Positions 1 through 14,419 are shown, numbered from the stretch's first letter. The stretch is DNA of 64,000 nucleotides from Chrysomallon squamiferum (GCA_012295275.1 CM022670.1:28272001-28336000), one strand, 5' to 3'. The notes: generated by a model not told the origin, from the letters alone. A program made the numbers and translations.

Positions 1-2407
1 GATTATTGATTACAAGCAGTACATCTTTGATTTAATACAAAATTACACATTTATGAAGCATTAAACCAGACTAGGAAATCATGAGAATTAGACCACCAGG
101 GTGGACAGAGTATTTAATCAAAACACTTTTAAATCAACAGTGTTCATTTTCAATTTAGTTGTTGATTGCACTGATTACATTTTTTAACAGTGTTGTTTCC
201 GATCAAATTCTCAAAAGAAGATTTGAACCCAGAGTAAACTATGAATTTACAACAGTTTCACAAACAGTACTAGAATGGGTGTCAGTCTAACTGAAATCAT
301 TGTTTAGATTTCAGACATGGGAAAATGATTGATGGGAGGTTTTCACATGTTTTCTCTGCTGCAGTATTTTATTTTTGATGTTGTGAAGTAGTGTGTGAAA
401 TTGTTTAAATAATAGGGAGGCCATATTCCATTGCATTCCGAAAATGTCATGGTAACCATTGTTGGTTGCAAACTAATTTATGATCCCCAAGTCAATATTT
501 GGTCTAAGCATGAGAATATGATCATGGATATATAAATACTGATTTTAAAAATATTTGTATTGTTTGTACTTTTATGTTTGTAAACATCAGAATGATAGAA
601 ATATACCACATAGTATAAACAACACTACATGGTCTTTATCTTTACAAAAGCTGCATCATTTTACAAAATCATTTACAGGACAGCTGATACCCTTTAGTGT
701 GATATCTGCTTTAGTGTCATCAAAAAAACATTAATTCACTTATTAAATATAAAATGTATTAGTAACTGGAATGTCATCATTGAGCATCATTCTGTCAATG
801 TATAATCCAGTAAGCTCTGAATCTTTAGAAAAAGAAATAACAAAAAAACAAAACAATTTCTTTTAAGAAATTGTTTTATTTATTTATTTTTTTAAATTGA
901 TACAAATTTCATTCATTAATATATATATTTTTATTTTTTTTTTTTTTTTTTTTGTATTTGAATAATGTAAAAATTATGAAAACATCGTTTTCCTCAACAA
1001 AAAAAGAAGAAAAAAACCAGTCTGCAACAAATGTGAAAATTCACTGCATTAGCAACAAACTTAAAGACATGCCAAGAAAAATAAATGAAAGCTTTACAAG
1101 ATATCCAGAGTAACCTAGAAAAGAAAAAAGAAAAAGGAAAAGGAAAAAAGAGAATTATTTGTTCAGATGCTGTCTGAATCAGTGATAGTCAACTGATTAT
1201 TTGATCAAGTCTTTCTTATTTACTTGTAGTGAAATGGATTTGTGCGGAGAGAGTTTTTCACCTGATCTGTAATGACTTAGGCAAACAAAGACAGCGTGCA
1301 GTAAAGAGGAAGGCATGTCACACACGCAAAGATATCTTATGTGGATTTTTATCTGTTTTATTCCCTGGAAATTGCTGAAGATTAATAGACTTAGTTGTAT
1401 ATGTATGAGTGTGAGAGTGATTGTATGGAATCATATTTAGTTCTATTCACTGGAAAATCCTGAAAATTTATTCTCATGCTTTTTGTTTCTATATTTACAA
1501 TATTTCAAATACATATATGTCTTTGTGTGTTAGTGTTCATGTGTAATTCAATTCAAATTTTGTTCTATTCAGTGAAAATACTGAATATTACTCATTTCTT
1601 ATTGTATTTAATAATGTTAAGTACACATTGTCCAGACCATATGTGGAAATATATAAAATTTAACTTTTTTGTCTGTGTTTCCTTTAGAATATAGTTCTCA
1701 GTTTTAATAGATTAATATTTAAATTTATTTATTGAAAATTCCAGTGATTTAATCATATAAACATACCTTTTTTTATGTACTTTTTTGTTATCAGTGTTAC
1801 CTGAATTTTAGGAGGTTTTTTGTCAAATCCAGAAGCTTTATTAAAACAAAAACAGATGCCTATCAAAGTAGATATTAAATATGGTTTTTATGGTAAAGTA
1901 CTGATTTATTTATTAACAATCTAATTCTGAAATTATATACTTGTATGATTTGACAGATACAAGCTGAACCAAGCAGATGTTAAATTACTCCTGGAAAGTA
2001 CAATCTGTGTTTTAATGTTAATGTTTCAGATTCATATTTTCTGTTATCTGTCAAACCCTGAAGCTTTATTATTTTATTTTTTTATTTTTTATTTTTTTTT
2101 CAATTTTCAGTACATTATATTAATATAGACAAACTCAGGAATAGTCAAAAGCAGATGTTTATTTATCTTTAAGATCCAAGTCTGGATTTTAATAGCTGTG
2201 GACAGAATTGTTGATGGATCTGCATGGTACTTTATTTTCCTTCCCTGAAATTAAACAAAGATATCACAGAGATAACAGATGGATCTGTAGAAATTAGTTT
2301 TACTGCTTGTTTGGGTTCACCCTGTAGAAGTGCAGAGTCCAGCATTCATTACCTGTCTGTCCATCTGTTGACTGGGTGGTAGCTAACTGGTTAGGGCAAT
2401 GTTAGTG

Positions 2408-2592
2408 GTACTTGGTTCAAATCTTGGTATTAGGCAAGTTTTGGAACTAGGATAAAATTTTGTTGGGATACTAGGATCAAATCTTGTTAAAATACCTGCC
2501 TTGATATTAGGATCTAATCTGATTAGACCAGAATGGGTATCAACATCAAATCTTGGTATTAGACCAGTATGGTGTACTAGGATCAAACCTCA
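2408..2592. repeat. Degenerate ~36-bp minisatellite, about 6 units
   Basis: Variants of ACTAGGATCAAATCTTGGTATTAGACC start near 2408, 2443, 2467, 2503, 2537 and 2574. This explains the repetitive ORFs 2383..2586 and 2501..2683. Confidence 0.8.
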
Positions 2593-2943
2593 TTATTGCC
2601 CTGTATCAAAAAATAATTTAGAAAGGATGAAAGACTCTCTAACAAGTCTTACAACTTACCAAACAACAATACAGACAGAATAATTTAAATATTTTCATCA
2701 TCATAAACATATATATATATATATTTTTTTTTTTTATTGTTATTTAACTCTTTTCTCAAAACTGTTTCATTTTTTTTTTTTTTTTTAAATTTTAAAACAT
2801 TGTCTTTCATTACTTTTTTTTCTTTTTTTTTTTTCTGTTTTTAAATTTTAAAAACATTTTTTTTTTTTCTCATTTTCAATTTGTCAAAAACTGTGTATTT
2901 TGTAAAATTATATTTTTCTTGGCTGTTAATCTTTTAACTCCAG

Positions 2944-2958
2944 CCATGTTGTGTAATG
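2944..2958 (+). other. Candidate 15-nt microexon
   Basis: tttttcttggctgttaatcttttaactccag|CCATGTTGTGTAATG|gtgagt; good acceptor and donor, length divisible by 3, open in two of three frames. Motif evidence only. Confidence 0.3.
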
Positions 2959-4499
2959 GTGAGTATTGTCATGTTGATTCAGGTGGTATTTTTCTTACTT
3001 ATTACTTGTCAGATGTGACTGTAAATCTCGGAACCACACATCAAAATCAACATGCAGAAAAGAAAACTTGTCGATGGCAAAGTATTACATAGCCTATTTG
3101 CAGGAAATGGGCAAATAAAAAAGCTTTTATCTCTAGAAAAAATTGAAAAGAAAACTGCTCTAAGTTAGCATGAACATGAATGACGTCTTATTTACTTTGT
3201 AATAAAAGTAAAATTAGGTAATAAATATATTCTGCAGGTACCTTGTTTCCTGAGGTTAAAGAAAGTTTACAAAGTAAATAGAAAACAGATAAAAACATTC
3301 AGTTGTGATTACATATATACACATGCACACATGCACACACACACATTTTACACATACATACATACATACATAAATGCTTTTTCATACATAACCTATGCAT
3401 ATGTACACATATACACATATACATGCACATCTCAGATAAATAATAAATAAAACATTCACATATCTCATAACAGATAAAAAAAAATGTTAAAACTTAAAAC
3501 TGAATCTGGAAACATTTATTCCTAAAACCTTATCCCTTTTCATTTGTTAAAAAAAAAGGAAAATAAAGAAGAAGAAAAAAAAGCCGGTCCTGTACAAAGT
3601 CACACAAAAGATTTGACTGTTGGGTTACAGTCTGACAGCTCTGCTAACAGAACTGTTCATGTGTAATGAGAGTTGACAGTGTTATGGTTTTGTTGATCAT
3701 CCGTGTAACAAGACAATTGTTGTGTAGAAAACAGCACCACAGGACTAAATCGCCAAGTCACACCAACTTGATACATGGGATAATACTATGCTTATTTTAC
3801 AGCCTGGCTTGTGTGGTATTTTTGTTATCATGTACCAGGATGACTATTAGAGCATGGCAGTCTCCTCCCTTGTATGTGTGTAACCTATGTGCATACAGAG
3901 ATCAAAATTACATGATACTTTTGCTACCAGTGTATGTTTGTCATAAATGTGTAGGATTGTTATAAAAATGAAAGTGAATGTAGATTCTGTTACATTTCAA
4001 TTCATAATGAAATATTTATTATTATATTTATAATTAGTTAATACAGGGTGATATTGAATAAAAATGGATCTGAATTCAGCTTTAAAATGTTTATGTCTGT
4101 GTTATGCATAATTATAAAAATGAATGAAATAAATATATTTTGATAAAATATTTATAATTGTTGTTGTTATTAAAGTAAATGGAACATTTGTCTTTCTGTT
4201 TATTTGTATGTATCTTTTGTTTATTATACACAACATGTTCTGAGTCAAATACACATATTATTTATTTACTATACACATTGTCAGACATATTCAAACATGC
4301 ACACATTAGATCATCCAAACATGCATAAAGAAACAGATACACAGACTGGGATGAACTTAAATGTACATGAGCAGTCATGAAATTGTAGATTTTTTTGGTG
4401 TTGTTTTTCACACTTCCTTGTACTTTCTCCTACATACACTGTTTACTCATTTGTTCTGAAAGAGGTAATAGAATCTATTTCCTGAAACAAAAACCATCA

Positions 4500-4660
4500 A
4501 GTTACAATATATTGTTACCTATGTTTATGGTAAGGCAAACATTTTAAATCTTTTTGGAATAACTAGTAAAGTTAAAAACTGCTGGTTGGTGTATACAGGT
4601 ATTTGAATTAAACAGTTACAACATATTGTTACAAAGGTCTAAGGTAAGGCAAACATTTAT
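4500..4660. repeat. Local direct duplication of ~45 bp
   Basis: GTTACAA(T/C)ATATTGTTAC...GGTAAGGCAAACATTT at about 4501-4545 and 4615-4658. Confidence 0.8.
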
Positions 4661-4984
4661 CATTGGAAAGAACATTTATCTGAGACAGTGATAATGCATA
4701 TTGAAAATAATACACACCGTGTTTTCTTTTCTGATAAAGGATGACTTTATCACTGACAGTGACAAATTATATTTAATGTGGACCTTGATAATGGTAATCA
4801 GCTAGAGAAGCAAAATATACACCTGTAAAACTGTTGTAGGTCAAAATGGAATCGGTTCCCTACATCAGTGCTTGGCCTTTTTAGCATCTTGTAGGAATAT
4901 TGTGCTGCACTCTATTTGGCTAGTTAGTTACCAAGGGTTAATGATAATTATCTTGAAGACAGATATATTATTTTTGTATAATAT

Positions 4985-5165
4985 TAATGATATGAGAGAA
5001 GAAATATATTCTGTTCCACCACTTCATGTTCAGTCTTTATCATGTACAGTATTATAAGCATCTTCCCATAAATAGGAAAATTCATACAACAGTTTGAGAT
5101 AAACCAGGGCCCTGACTGAAATGGGAAACAGACCAGTGGGTGCACTGACAAGGTTTGATCCTTTG
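4985..5165 (-). mobile_element. Decayed tRNA-derived SINE (MetaSINE-like), head and central part
   Basis: Minus strand reads AGGATCAAACC (B-box-like) then TTGTCAGTGCACCCACTGGTCTGTTTCCCATTTCAGT. Similar to GGAATGGGAAATAGCC at about 22110 and 52420 and to its reverse complement at about 49869. Family assignment is from memory. Confidence 0.55.
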
Positions 5166-5879
5166 GCCTATTTCTCCAAGCAAAAAGAATGGAGAAAATA
5201 TTTTTAAAAATTGAGAGCATGAGAGATGGAGAGAGAGCAATAATGTGTGAAAGAAAAGTAGAAAGAAGATGTTAGATAAAGAAAGATAACAATGATGGTG
5301 AAATCTGATGTATGTCGGCAGGTAACAACTGTGTAAATTTATTGGCATTAATTGATCACAGACATGAGATAAGAAGAAACAGTTTACTTGTACACAGATG
5401 TTGATATATCTTGCTTCTAAGCTATTTGGCACTGTTTCAAAAGATAAGACCAAAAACAGCAAGAATTTAATTTTAACTAAGATTAGCCACAGCTAGGGAT
5501 GCAATATCACAAGTTTGGGAATTGATTACTTAATTAATAATTTGTTGTCAATTAGAAAAAAAGAATATGTTCTGAACACTCCAGAGGAATTTAGTGGTAA
5601 ATATTAAAATATTTACAAATAAAATCATAAAATATTTAGTGTTAATTAGACTTGACTCAGATATCTGATAATGCTTTGTCTTATTTTTCACTGCTTTCTA
5701 TTTCAGATGGCATTTTTAAATTATTGTAGATATATATATATTTCCTGCTTGATTAAAGAAAGTTTGCAAAAATTAACACTCAGAATTTTATCAGAATTTA
5801 TTTATAATCAAGTTGTCTTCATATCTTCCATTCATTCAACTATCCATTCATCAATTCCTCCTTCTGATTGTACTTCCAT

Positions 5880-6900
5880 CCATCTGTCCATCCATCCATC
5901 CATCCACCCATATGCATTTACATTTTTTCTTTCCTGCTATTCAAGATAATTACCACCATTCTTCCTCCATAAAGAGTTTATATAAATTACTCATTGTATA
6001 ATTATTATTAATGCTAAAGCAAGTAATAGCTATTGTGTGCAAGGCTGTTACACATATGGCACTGGAGCTGTCAGATAATTAACAATTTTTTAATGATGTT
6101 TTATTTATTTATTTTCTATTTTATTTTATTTTTTAAATGAATTATGTAACATGTAATTACCTTGCAGGAGCTGTACTGTCTCAGATATAAAATCTTCATT
6201 GTTGTGCAGGAAACAACATGAATGTAAAACAGTAAATAAGTTGTAAAATTGCCCATTTGAAGATGATGTAAATTCATGTTACATTATCTCCCTTTCATAA
6301 ATAACATCCACACTTCTTTCTTTCCTACCACCCAAGGAATTTACTGAACAAATGCACCATTTGTTTTTGAAACATAATCTAGCATTTATTTCTAAGAGAT
6401 TTTCATCATATTTATACATAAAAGCATTTGTTAGAATAATGGTCTTTTAAAACTAATATATCTGATTTTGTGCTATCTCATTTATCATTCATCCACCATC
6501 TTTCCTATTTTCTACCACCCAAGAATAAATGTAGCAAATAACAGCAGTCTTAGTTGATAAGCTAAATCATCTTTTTATTCCAGAATATTAAATATGTAAA
6601 AACTATATTTTGATAAGGCAATACATTGAAGTTAAAATTGTAATTGCCTTTTCCAGCTTTCATCCAATCATCCTTCCTTACATCCACTGATCAATAAATC
6701 AAAATATCCATCCATCCATACATGCATCCCACTTTCTTTCTTTTTTCAGCCACTCATAAGTACTAACCATTAAAGAACCTAATAACTGCACTCCGTATTT
6801 GCAGATATAATGTATCCTTTGTTTTCAGAAACCAGCATACACAAGAATAAAAAAAATAATAAGTTTATATAATGGTCAGTTTGAAGTTGATGTTAAAGAT
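5880..6900. repeat. Old degenerate local duplications (~200-bp unit, 3-4 copies)
   Basis: CATCCA...TTTC(C)TACCACCCAAG-like blocks near 5905, 6304, 6490 and 6715, with similar downstream sequence. Confidence 0.5.
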
Positions 6901-7559
6901 ATGTTGTTGATATTGTACAGATTTAAATATTCTCTATTAAGTATTTATAATGGTGTTGTTTGAGGTTTTGTCCTTTGTTGTTGTACCAGTAATACATTAT
7001 GTCTGCAATAAATGCTTTGTTTATTCATACTCTGCATGTTTATATAAGTCATGACTATGGTAATAATCTTTAATGGCTTGGTTTATCATGCATTTTAATA
7101 CACTGTTTGTGATAGTTATCATTTGTATCTGTATTTCATCTAAAAAATGGTGACAATATGGTCAGTAAAAATTTTGTAGATACACTTTGATATGTCAGTT
7201 TTCAAACAGAAACTTGTAATGAATTTGTATACATGAAGAAATGTGCCCTTACTTGATCTAAAGTCTCTTGTTATGTTTTGTATGACTGACTGTTTGTCAC
7301 CAAGTTTCTCTCTCTTTCCCATATAAATAGGTGTATAATGTCCAGTAGGGTGTTTGATCCTGCATTCTTTTGAAAAATAATGTTAATGCAATCAAGTTGT
7401 ATATGTATAGTGCCTTTTAAATTGAAAGTTAATTGTTTTAAATATACCTAATAACTTGGAAATTTTATGTGTTTTTTTTTCACAGTTGACAATAAATTAC
7501 ATATTTAATTCAGATTTAAATAATGTCTTTTCTTGGTTTTTTGTTTTCCCTTTGTTCAT

Positions 7560-9204
7560 TTTATTTCTTATTTTTTAAATAGCTTAAGATAAAAATTGTT
7601 AAAAATCCAGTTGTACACTTTCATTTCTAATGAGTATGTTTTTAAATAGCAAATAACAAAGATGACAGTTACAAACTTGAAACACTTGTTTAAATAGCAA
7701 ATATCAAGATACAGAAAACTAAAGTCGTACACGTCTATATCAAATTAATAAATTTTGTTAAGTAATGAAAAGTAAAAAATAACATTTACAGTATGAACTT
7801 GAAATCAAAAGTTTTTAAATAGCAATTGACAAGATAGATAGCTTTACATATATATATAAACAAGTGTAATTATTTAAATCAGTAACAAGAAAAAGAACAA
7901 AAACAACAACAATAAAAAATTATCAAACATCTGATTTTTGTTAAAATTGCGAATGACACAAGAGCTAGTTACATCAGCACCTGAGCGTTGGCTCTAACTG
8001 ATAATATTTTTTATTCTGGGAAATGTCAAACTAATATTACATACTAGCTGATAATTTTGATTTAAAAGATGATAGGAAGCTGTTGAAACAGACTTAAACA
8101 TCTTCACTATAAAGATTTGTATTTTCATTCAGAAGCACAAATTTGAACTATGGTAAACATAGACAATACCCAGATATTGACGTCAGTGTAACAAAACATT
8201 TGTTAAATTGTAAATGACTTAAGATTGATAGCTTTAATTACAGATATGTACTCATCAAGTTAATAAACCTTTTTTATTTTTAAATTACAAATGTCACTGT
8301 TTTCAAAGGTGTACATTTCTAATTGATAATATTTTATTTAATGATATATGACTACGGTTAAAACATGTACCTGAATTATTCTAATTAATAATTTTAAAAA
8401 AAGAAGAAGAAAAGTCACACAACTACTTAGAAACATACCACATATATCTAAGTGATGACTCTTTTTTATATCTTTTTATGGCTTAAGTAGCAAACACATG
8501 TACCTCTTATTGCTAATTTAAAACATAATAAAAAGTTGTTTCTTTGATAACTGATAGATAATGTGTATTTAAAAGGTCTATGACACAATTTGATACAGTC
8601 ATAAGCATAACTTTACCCTTCTCAGTAATAATTTTTGAAAAAAAAAGAATGATACATATGAAATAGCTTCAGGTACAAACACTTGAACCTCTAAATGTTA
8701 ATTTGAAAAATATCAAATGACACTGTTTAGAAAAATAGTTACTTAAATATCTGATTTATAATTGTTTTTCAAATGTGTTGTGACACATGATATCTATAAC
8801 TTAAATAACTCTAATTATTTTTAAAATAGCAAATGTCATTAGTTATATATATATATATATATGTATAAACACACACATACACATATCTAATTGATAATTA
8901 TTGTTGAAATGGGAAATGCCATAAAAAACAAAAAGTATTTAAAAAAAATAAAATAAAATACATAAATAAATAAATAAACAGGAAAAGACCCAAGAACTTA
9001 TAACTTTTTAAAATTACACTTGATACAGAAATAATCTGTAGTCACATACTTTTTTCTTCTTTTTTAACAGCAAATAAGATAAAAACCAAAAATCTGATGG
9101 CTAATTAGAAAATTCTGCATTTTTAATTCATAAATTATAACCAGAGTGAAAGCTACAGCTATACTTTTGGAAATCTAATTCATAATTTATATATTGTTAT
9201 TATA

Positions 9205-9255
<51 letters not shown>

Positions 9256-9960
9256 TTATTAAAAAGAAAAAAAAAGGTGAATGACACAAGATAATTAAAT
9301 ACAGACCTATCTTATGTTTTTGGTGTTTTGATATATATATCATGGATGACACAGAACAGTTATAAATTTCTCTTTTGATGAAAATATATAAAACAATAAT
9401 CTGTTATTCCATAATATCTATATCTATATATATATATATCACAGAATAACCAATTACTGTTTTAAGATATCAGCTTTATACTCAGAAGGTTGGAATGTCA
9501 AATGCAGCAAGCCACTATCAAGCTGCATTCTCCATTGAACCATTTCAGAATAAACTGCTATATCCTAAGACAGTAACCAGTATGTTATTTCTTTTATCAT
9601 GTAATCGAAAATAATAGAAAAACTAATTGAAATTAACTGTTTTATTTCTGAAGTCAGTACTCTTGAGTGTAATAGATTCATGCATATTGATTTTGAACAA
9701 CATATATTATGTAAAAAACAACTAATTTATCAAAGTAAAAATAGATCTATCCCCAATATCTATATTTTTTGTCAGTGACTGAAAATATAGAAACTATATA
9801 TATATATATAGCCATAGATAAAAAAAATTAGTCACACACTTAAAAATCTAATTCAGATAATTATTATTTTTTTTTCAAATTTGGTAAATGACACAGGTTA
9901 ACTGCAGTTACAAACTTTGTTTTCTAAGTGATAATTATTATTTTTTTTTTTTTTTTTAAA
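7560..9960. repeat. Highly decayed satellite-like array (~60-bp unit)
   Basis: Recurrent TTTTAAATAGCAAATG(A/T)CA...AGTTACA...TCTAA(T/C)TGATAATT motifs, e.g. 7641, 7689, 7813, 7942, 8281, 8319, 8821, 8886, 9880-9935. Confidence 0.6.
9205..9255. repeat. (ATT)n microsatellite
   Basis: Pure trinucleotide run. Confidence 0.97.
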
Positions 9961-10484
9961 TGGGATACAATGTGAAATGGGAAGTTAGAGTGTTACCTCA
10001 GCTTGACAGACTGATAACTTCATTGGGATTAACAAGTTCTCTAACTGATGTTTTCTGTAAATCTTTTAAAAACTATCTCTGAAATGTTCATCAGTCACCT
10101 TGTGTTTTTACAACCAGCAATGGTTTAAATTGGGTCTTATCTGACACAGCTGGTTATTTACTGAGTTCTTACACTAATTAGACTGAAAATGAAAGTATTT
10201 TATTTCTTTTACAGCTAAAGGTGCCATCACACAGAGGGTGTTTAAAGGATGATATTTTAAAGAGGGAATAAAATCGAAGATGTTTTTATTTAATAATGCA
10301 TTCCATTTTTTTTTTAAAATATTTCTGATCATGCTCAGGATTTTGCTTAATACTGAATAAATCATATGAATGTTTTTCTTCTGAACTATTAAAATGAAGA
10401 GAGCTAGTGTCATGATAAACATGGATACTAATTTTAGGTGCAGGACTAGTGAAATATGCTTTGTAATTAACTTGTTTTTGTACT

Positions 10485-11000
10485 GAGATTAGTTTCAGAC
10501 TTCATTCAGAAAATGTTTTTAATAAATCATATGGTGTGTACTAACCATTAATGCTGGAAACTAAGAGTTTGCTTGGACATGTGTGGATGTTAGTCTGTCA
10601 TTGATTTCAGAAAGTGTTTTTAATAAATCACACAGTGTGTACTAACCATTACTATAGTGAACTCAATGTTCACATGGCTGTATGAGGATTTTAGTTTCTG
10701 AAATTATTTTATAAATTACACAGTGTATACTAACCATTAGTGCTGTGTAGCAAATATCACTGATTGTATGTGGATATTAGTCTGACATTGAATCCTGAAA
10801 CTAGTTTTAATAAATTATCCAGTGTATACTAACCATTAATATTGAATAATAAATTTGCAAATGTCCACTTTGCTGTGTTTGGAGGTTAATTTCTGAAAAT
10901 GATTCTTTTAGGTTACACAGTATGTACTAACCATTAGTGCTGTATAATAAATATTCCACCTGGTTGTGTGTGGATGTTAGTCTGACATTGATTTCCTAAC
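10485..11000. repeat. Tandem repeat, ~98-bp unit, 5 copies
   Basis: Invariant ACTAACCATTA at 10540, 10641, 10729, 10828 and 10926 (spacing 101/88/99/98), with shared GTGGATGTTAGTCTG and TAATAAAT motifs. Confidence 0.9.
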
Positions 11001-12203
11001 ACTGGTTTACATCAACAGATAAAACAAATCTAGTTGTTCTGGTTACACTGTCTGTTCCTTAGCAGTCCCTTAGCAGTCCCTTGTGTAATTACTGTTGATA
11101 TAAAACTACCATGCTTGTTCATTTTATCCTCCTTGCTTGCACAATAAAATGATTGTCATTTGTTCTTAATTATGTGGTCAGTTTCCATAAAGTTTCCTGC
11201 TAATATATATTTGTATTATTGTTCTAAAGATCTGCATGTACATGATGTTCTGAAGATAAGAGTGTGAATAATGTTTTTATAGATATACATAACATTCTAA
11301 AGATATAAGTGTGCATAAAGTTTTGAAGAGCTTCTTATAAGAAAATAATAATAACAACAGATTTGAGTAAATTATAAAAAAAGAAAAAAGAAATATGGTA
11401 GTAAATTTTATTTCAGAAATACACTATTATCATTTTGAAAACATAATTTTTTTCTTTGTGTTTTTACTTCACTTTATGATTATACAAATCATAAAAAAAC
11501 AGCTGTATACTGCTTCACCAAGTTTTTTTTTTTTTTTTTTTGGTAAGTTAGAATAACATTCTCCTTTTTTTTTCTAAATCTGACAAATCATTTGGGGGAG
11601 GTGTGTAAATAGCAGTAAAAACCATCAATAGAAAAAAAAAGAAAAGCAGTAAATGTCAAAATGTTTTATTATGTAATAAATTCAGAGTAAATAAACAAGA
11701 ACAAATTAGACAGTGACAGGATATGTAATGAAGAAAAGGAACACCAATTTCAGTTGATATTTTTTGCAGAGTGTCTAAAAAAAAAAAGGTATGCTTGTGT
11801 ATATTATTTTATTGTTTTGGGCGACATAAAATTGCTCATAGTTAAGTATGAGAATAAAATATTTGAATGTTGTCATTTTGTCTGTTCACAAGACTTTTAA
11901 ACTGTAATAGACTGGTCTCGCTATATGCAATAACATCAAAACTACACCAAAAAGAAAAATAAAGACAATGCTCAGATATTATATAACTGTACTCTTTGTT
12001 ACTATATCCAATTTTAATTAAAACTGAACAGAAAAAAAATTAATATAAAGTAAAACAGAAACTTGGAAGTGTGCAGAATTTATTTACCAAAGTAATCTAT
12101 TAGTAACATAAAAGGTTTGTGTATCTGTATTCATTTAGCTTCTATTACATGTACGAATTATAAAACAACATTATAAATGTAGAATGCTATTTTAGTTGAT
12201 TCA

Positions 12204-12357
12204 TTTTGAAACCTGAGGCCTGTTATAAATAGAACTTCTGAAACTTGGGGCCTGCCATATAGAGAATTTTTGAAACTTGTGACCTGTCATAAATAGAACT
12301 TTTGAAACTTGGGGCCTGTTGTAGATAGGACAGTTGAAACTGAGGTCTTGTCATAGA
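12204..12357. repeat. 32-bp minisatellite, about 5 copies
   Basis: TGAAAC at 12207, 12239, 12271, 12303 and 12335; consensus about TTTTGAAACTTGGGGCCTGTCATAAATAGAAC. Confidence 0.95.
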
Positions 12358-12854
12358 TTTCTGGTTAAGTCAGAGGTTGTGTCCAGAACTGGCTATAACT
12401 CAACAAACGCTTGCTGTTTACTGATACAAATAAACACTGATGCCAGTAGCTGACTTCCTCTTCATCATATGTAAACCATATGTTTATATCTTTATCAACC
12501 TTGAGATTATAATATGTTGATGTGTCATTAGACATTAATTAATATATTCAGAGATTGTGTCAGAGACAAAATAGTAACTGATTCATCTCTGTCTTGGAAG
12601 GATGGTAAACAAGTTATCCAGACTGTGCATACACAAATCTTTAAAATGTTATGCCTGCATTGATCTTTAGAACACTTTGCACATGCAGATCTATATAATA
12701 TTTTACATACATTCACTGTGTTGCTGGGAAGATTTTTCCTATTTATTTTCATGATTACTCCACTGGTCCAAAAGACTGATCATTCTTTATTTGCCTATTA
12801 TGTTATTTGCTAGTTCCAAACAGTGCTCCAAGATAAGTTTATCAGCAGCCATAT

Positions 12855-12960
12855 AATGTAAAGATACTTTTAAATCATAATGAAACACTAATGTAATTTA
12901 GAGATAATTTTTAATCATTATGAAACAATGTCTGTAAGATACAAATCATTTTGGAACATT
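12855..12960. repeat. Degenerate ~40-bp tandem repeat, about 3 copies
   Basis: AGATA...AATCAT(A/T)ATGAAACA-like unit, with AATCAT at 12873, 12913 and 12944. Confidence 0.7.
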
Positions 12961-14419
12961 GCCACAAACCACCCTCTGTAATGTTATAACAGTTGAATCA
13001 TTTTGTATCATCTGACTGAGTTTTTTTTTTTTTTACTGGTGATAAAAGAGTCCAGTTAATCCTTGTCTCCAGGTTTACTCTTTGATGTTGGTGATGGCTA
13101 ATTCCACCCTCAAATCTTCTTACACACAGAACATCACTTCTGCTATGTTGCACTTGAGTTAAACAGTCAGTATTGAGAATTGCTCAATCACCCAGTATTT
13201 ACTATAAGCTAGCTGTGATCAAAGGTGGGATAAAATCTGCCATATTTAACATTCATGTCTGAAATAAATGTGCAAGGGTCAACTGTAGGGTGTGCATGTG
13301 ACAATGGAACAGGGCTAGCAGCTGACATTGCTACTGTTTGATGGTAACCTTACTTAAAATAGCTACTTAGATTTCAAGTGTTTAGTTAAATTTGGAAGTT
13401 GGTGAAGAAAATGTTGAGAAAAGGTGTTGCATTGGATTGGTAAGAGGAAAGCACTTGTACAAATGCATACACCTGGAAGCATATACTGTTACACACATAT
13501 ACATACATATTATATTACATACATCTGCAAGTTAATAGTACAAAAATGTGTTTGTCAAATGTACTGAATTGTCTTACATCATGTGCAAGCATCCTTACAT
13601 ATGAAATGTTCTAGTAATGTACTTATCTCCAAACATACAAAATCAGAGGACATATACATACATACATGCAACTTTTCAGATCCAAACTTGTATACATACT
13701 TCCTAAGATACTATGCTGAATATCTCTACAGTTTTTGTCACTAGTTTCAAATGTAAAACCATATATTCTTGGGACCTGAACTATGGAATATAAATTTTAA
13801 GTTTTATTTCAGTTAATAACTCAATATTTATAAATTTTCCTGTGTGCTGTGATTGTAATGTTTAGTTACGTGGTGATAATTATAATGAAATGGTAAAAAT
13901 AGAACTCTGTGAAGTAGACATCCCAAATGAAATCCTAATGGCACATAAAGTAAATAATTTTACATTCTCTTTAACTACTGACATTTGTATGCAGATAAAA
14001 AAAAAATATATATATATAAATATGACATTTAAAAAAATAAAAATCTATTTTTTTCTATAAAGGAGTCCTTTTTTCCATAAATTTCTGCTGTTGTATGAAA
14101 TTAAATTTGACATAATTAAAAAATAATAATAATAATAAAATAAATTGGAGGAAACAAACATGATTTTAAATAATTTCATTTTCTAACAAATTACACAAAT
14201 AATTGGTTGATAAATGTTTTATTTCTATTTTGCACAGAAGTCAGTGAACAGTAAATAAACCATAGAAACTAAAGAAGAAAATAAAATGGATTTAGGACTT
14301 TATAAATTGTCTAGAGCTGTATTTAATTGGTTTTCCATAACCCTGCACTTACAATGCATTAAATGTTTTTTTTCAAGTTTTAATTGGTTTCAGTCTGATG
14401 AATATGGTACAGGAAGACA

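Noticed and set aside
4042-4075. TACAGGGTG resembling a Tc1/mariner TIR
   Set aside because: The only CACCCTGTA I saw (about 2320) lies upstream and faces outward, so no element can be delimited.
10485-12357. CRISPR-like look of the 98-bp and 32-bp arrays
   Set aside because: The inter-core segments are homologous to each other, the context is eukaryotic, and there are no cas genes.
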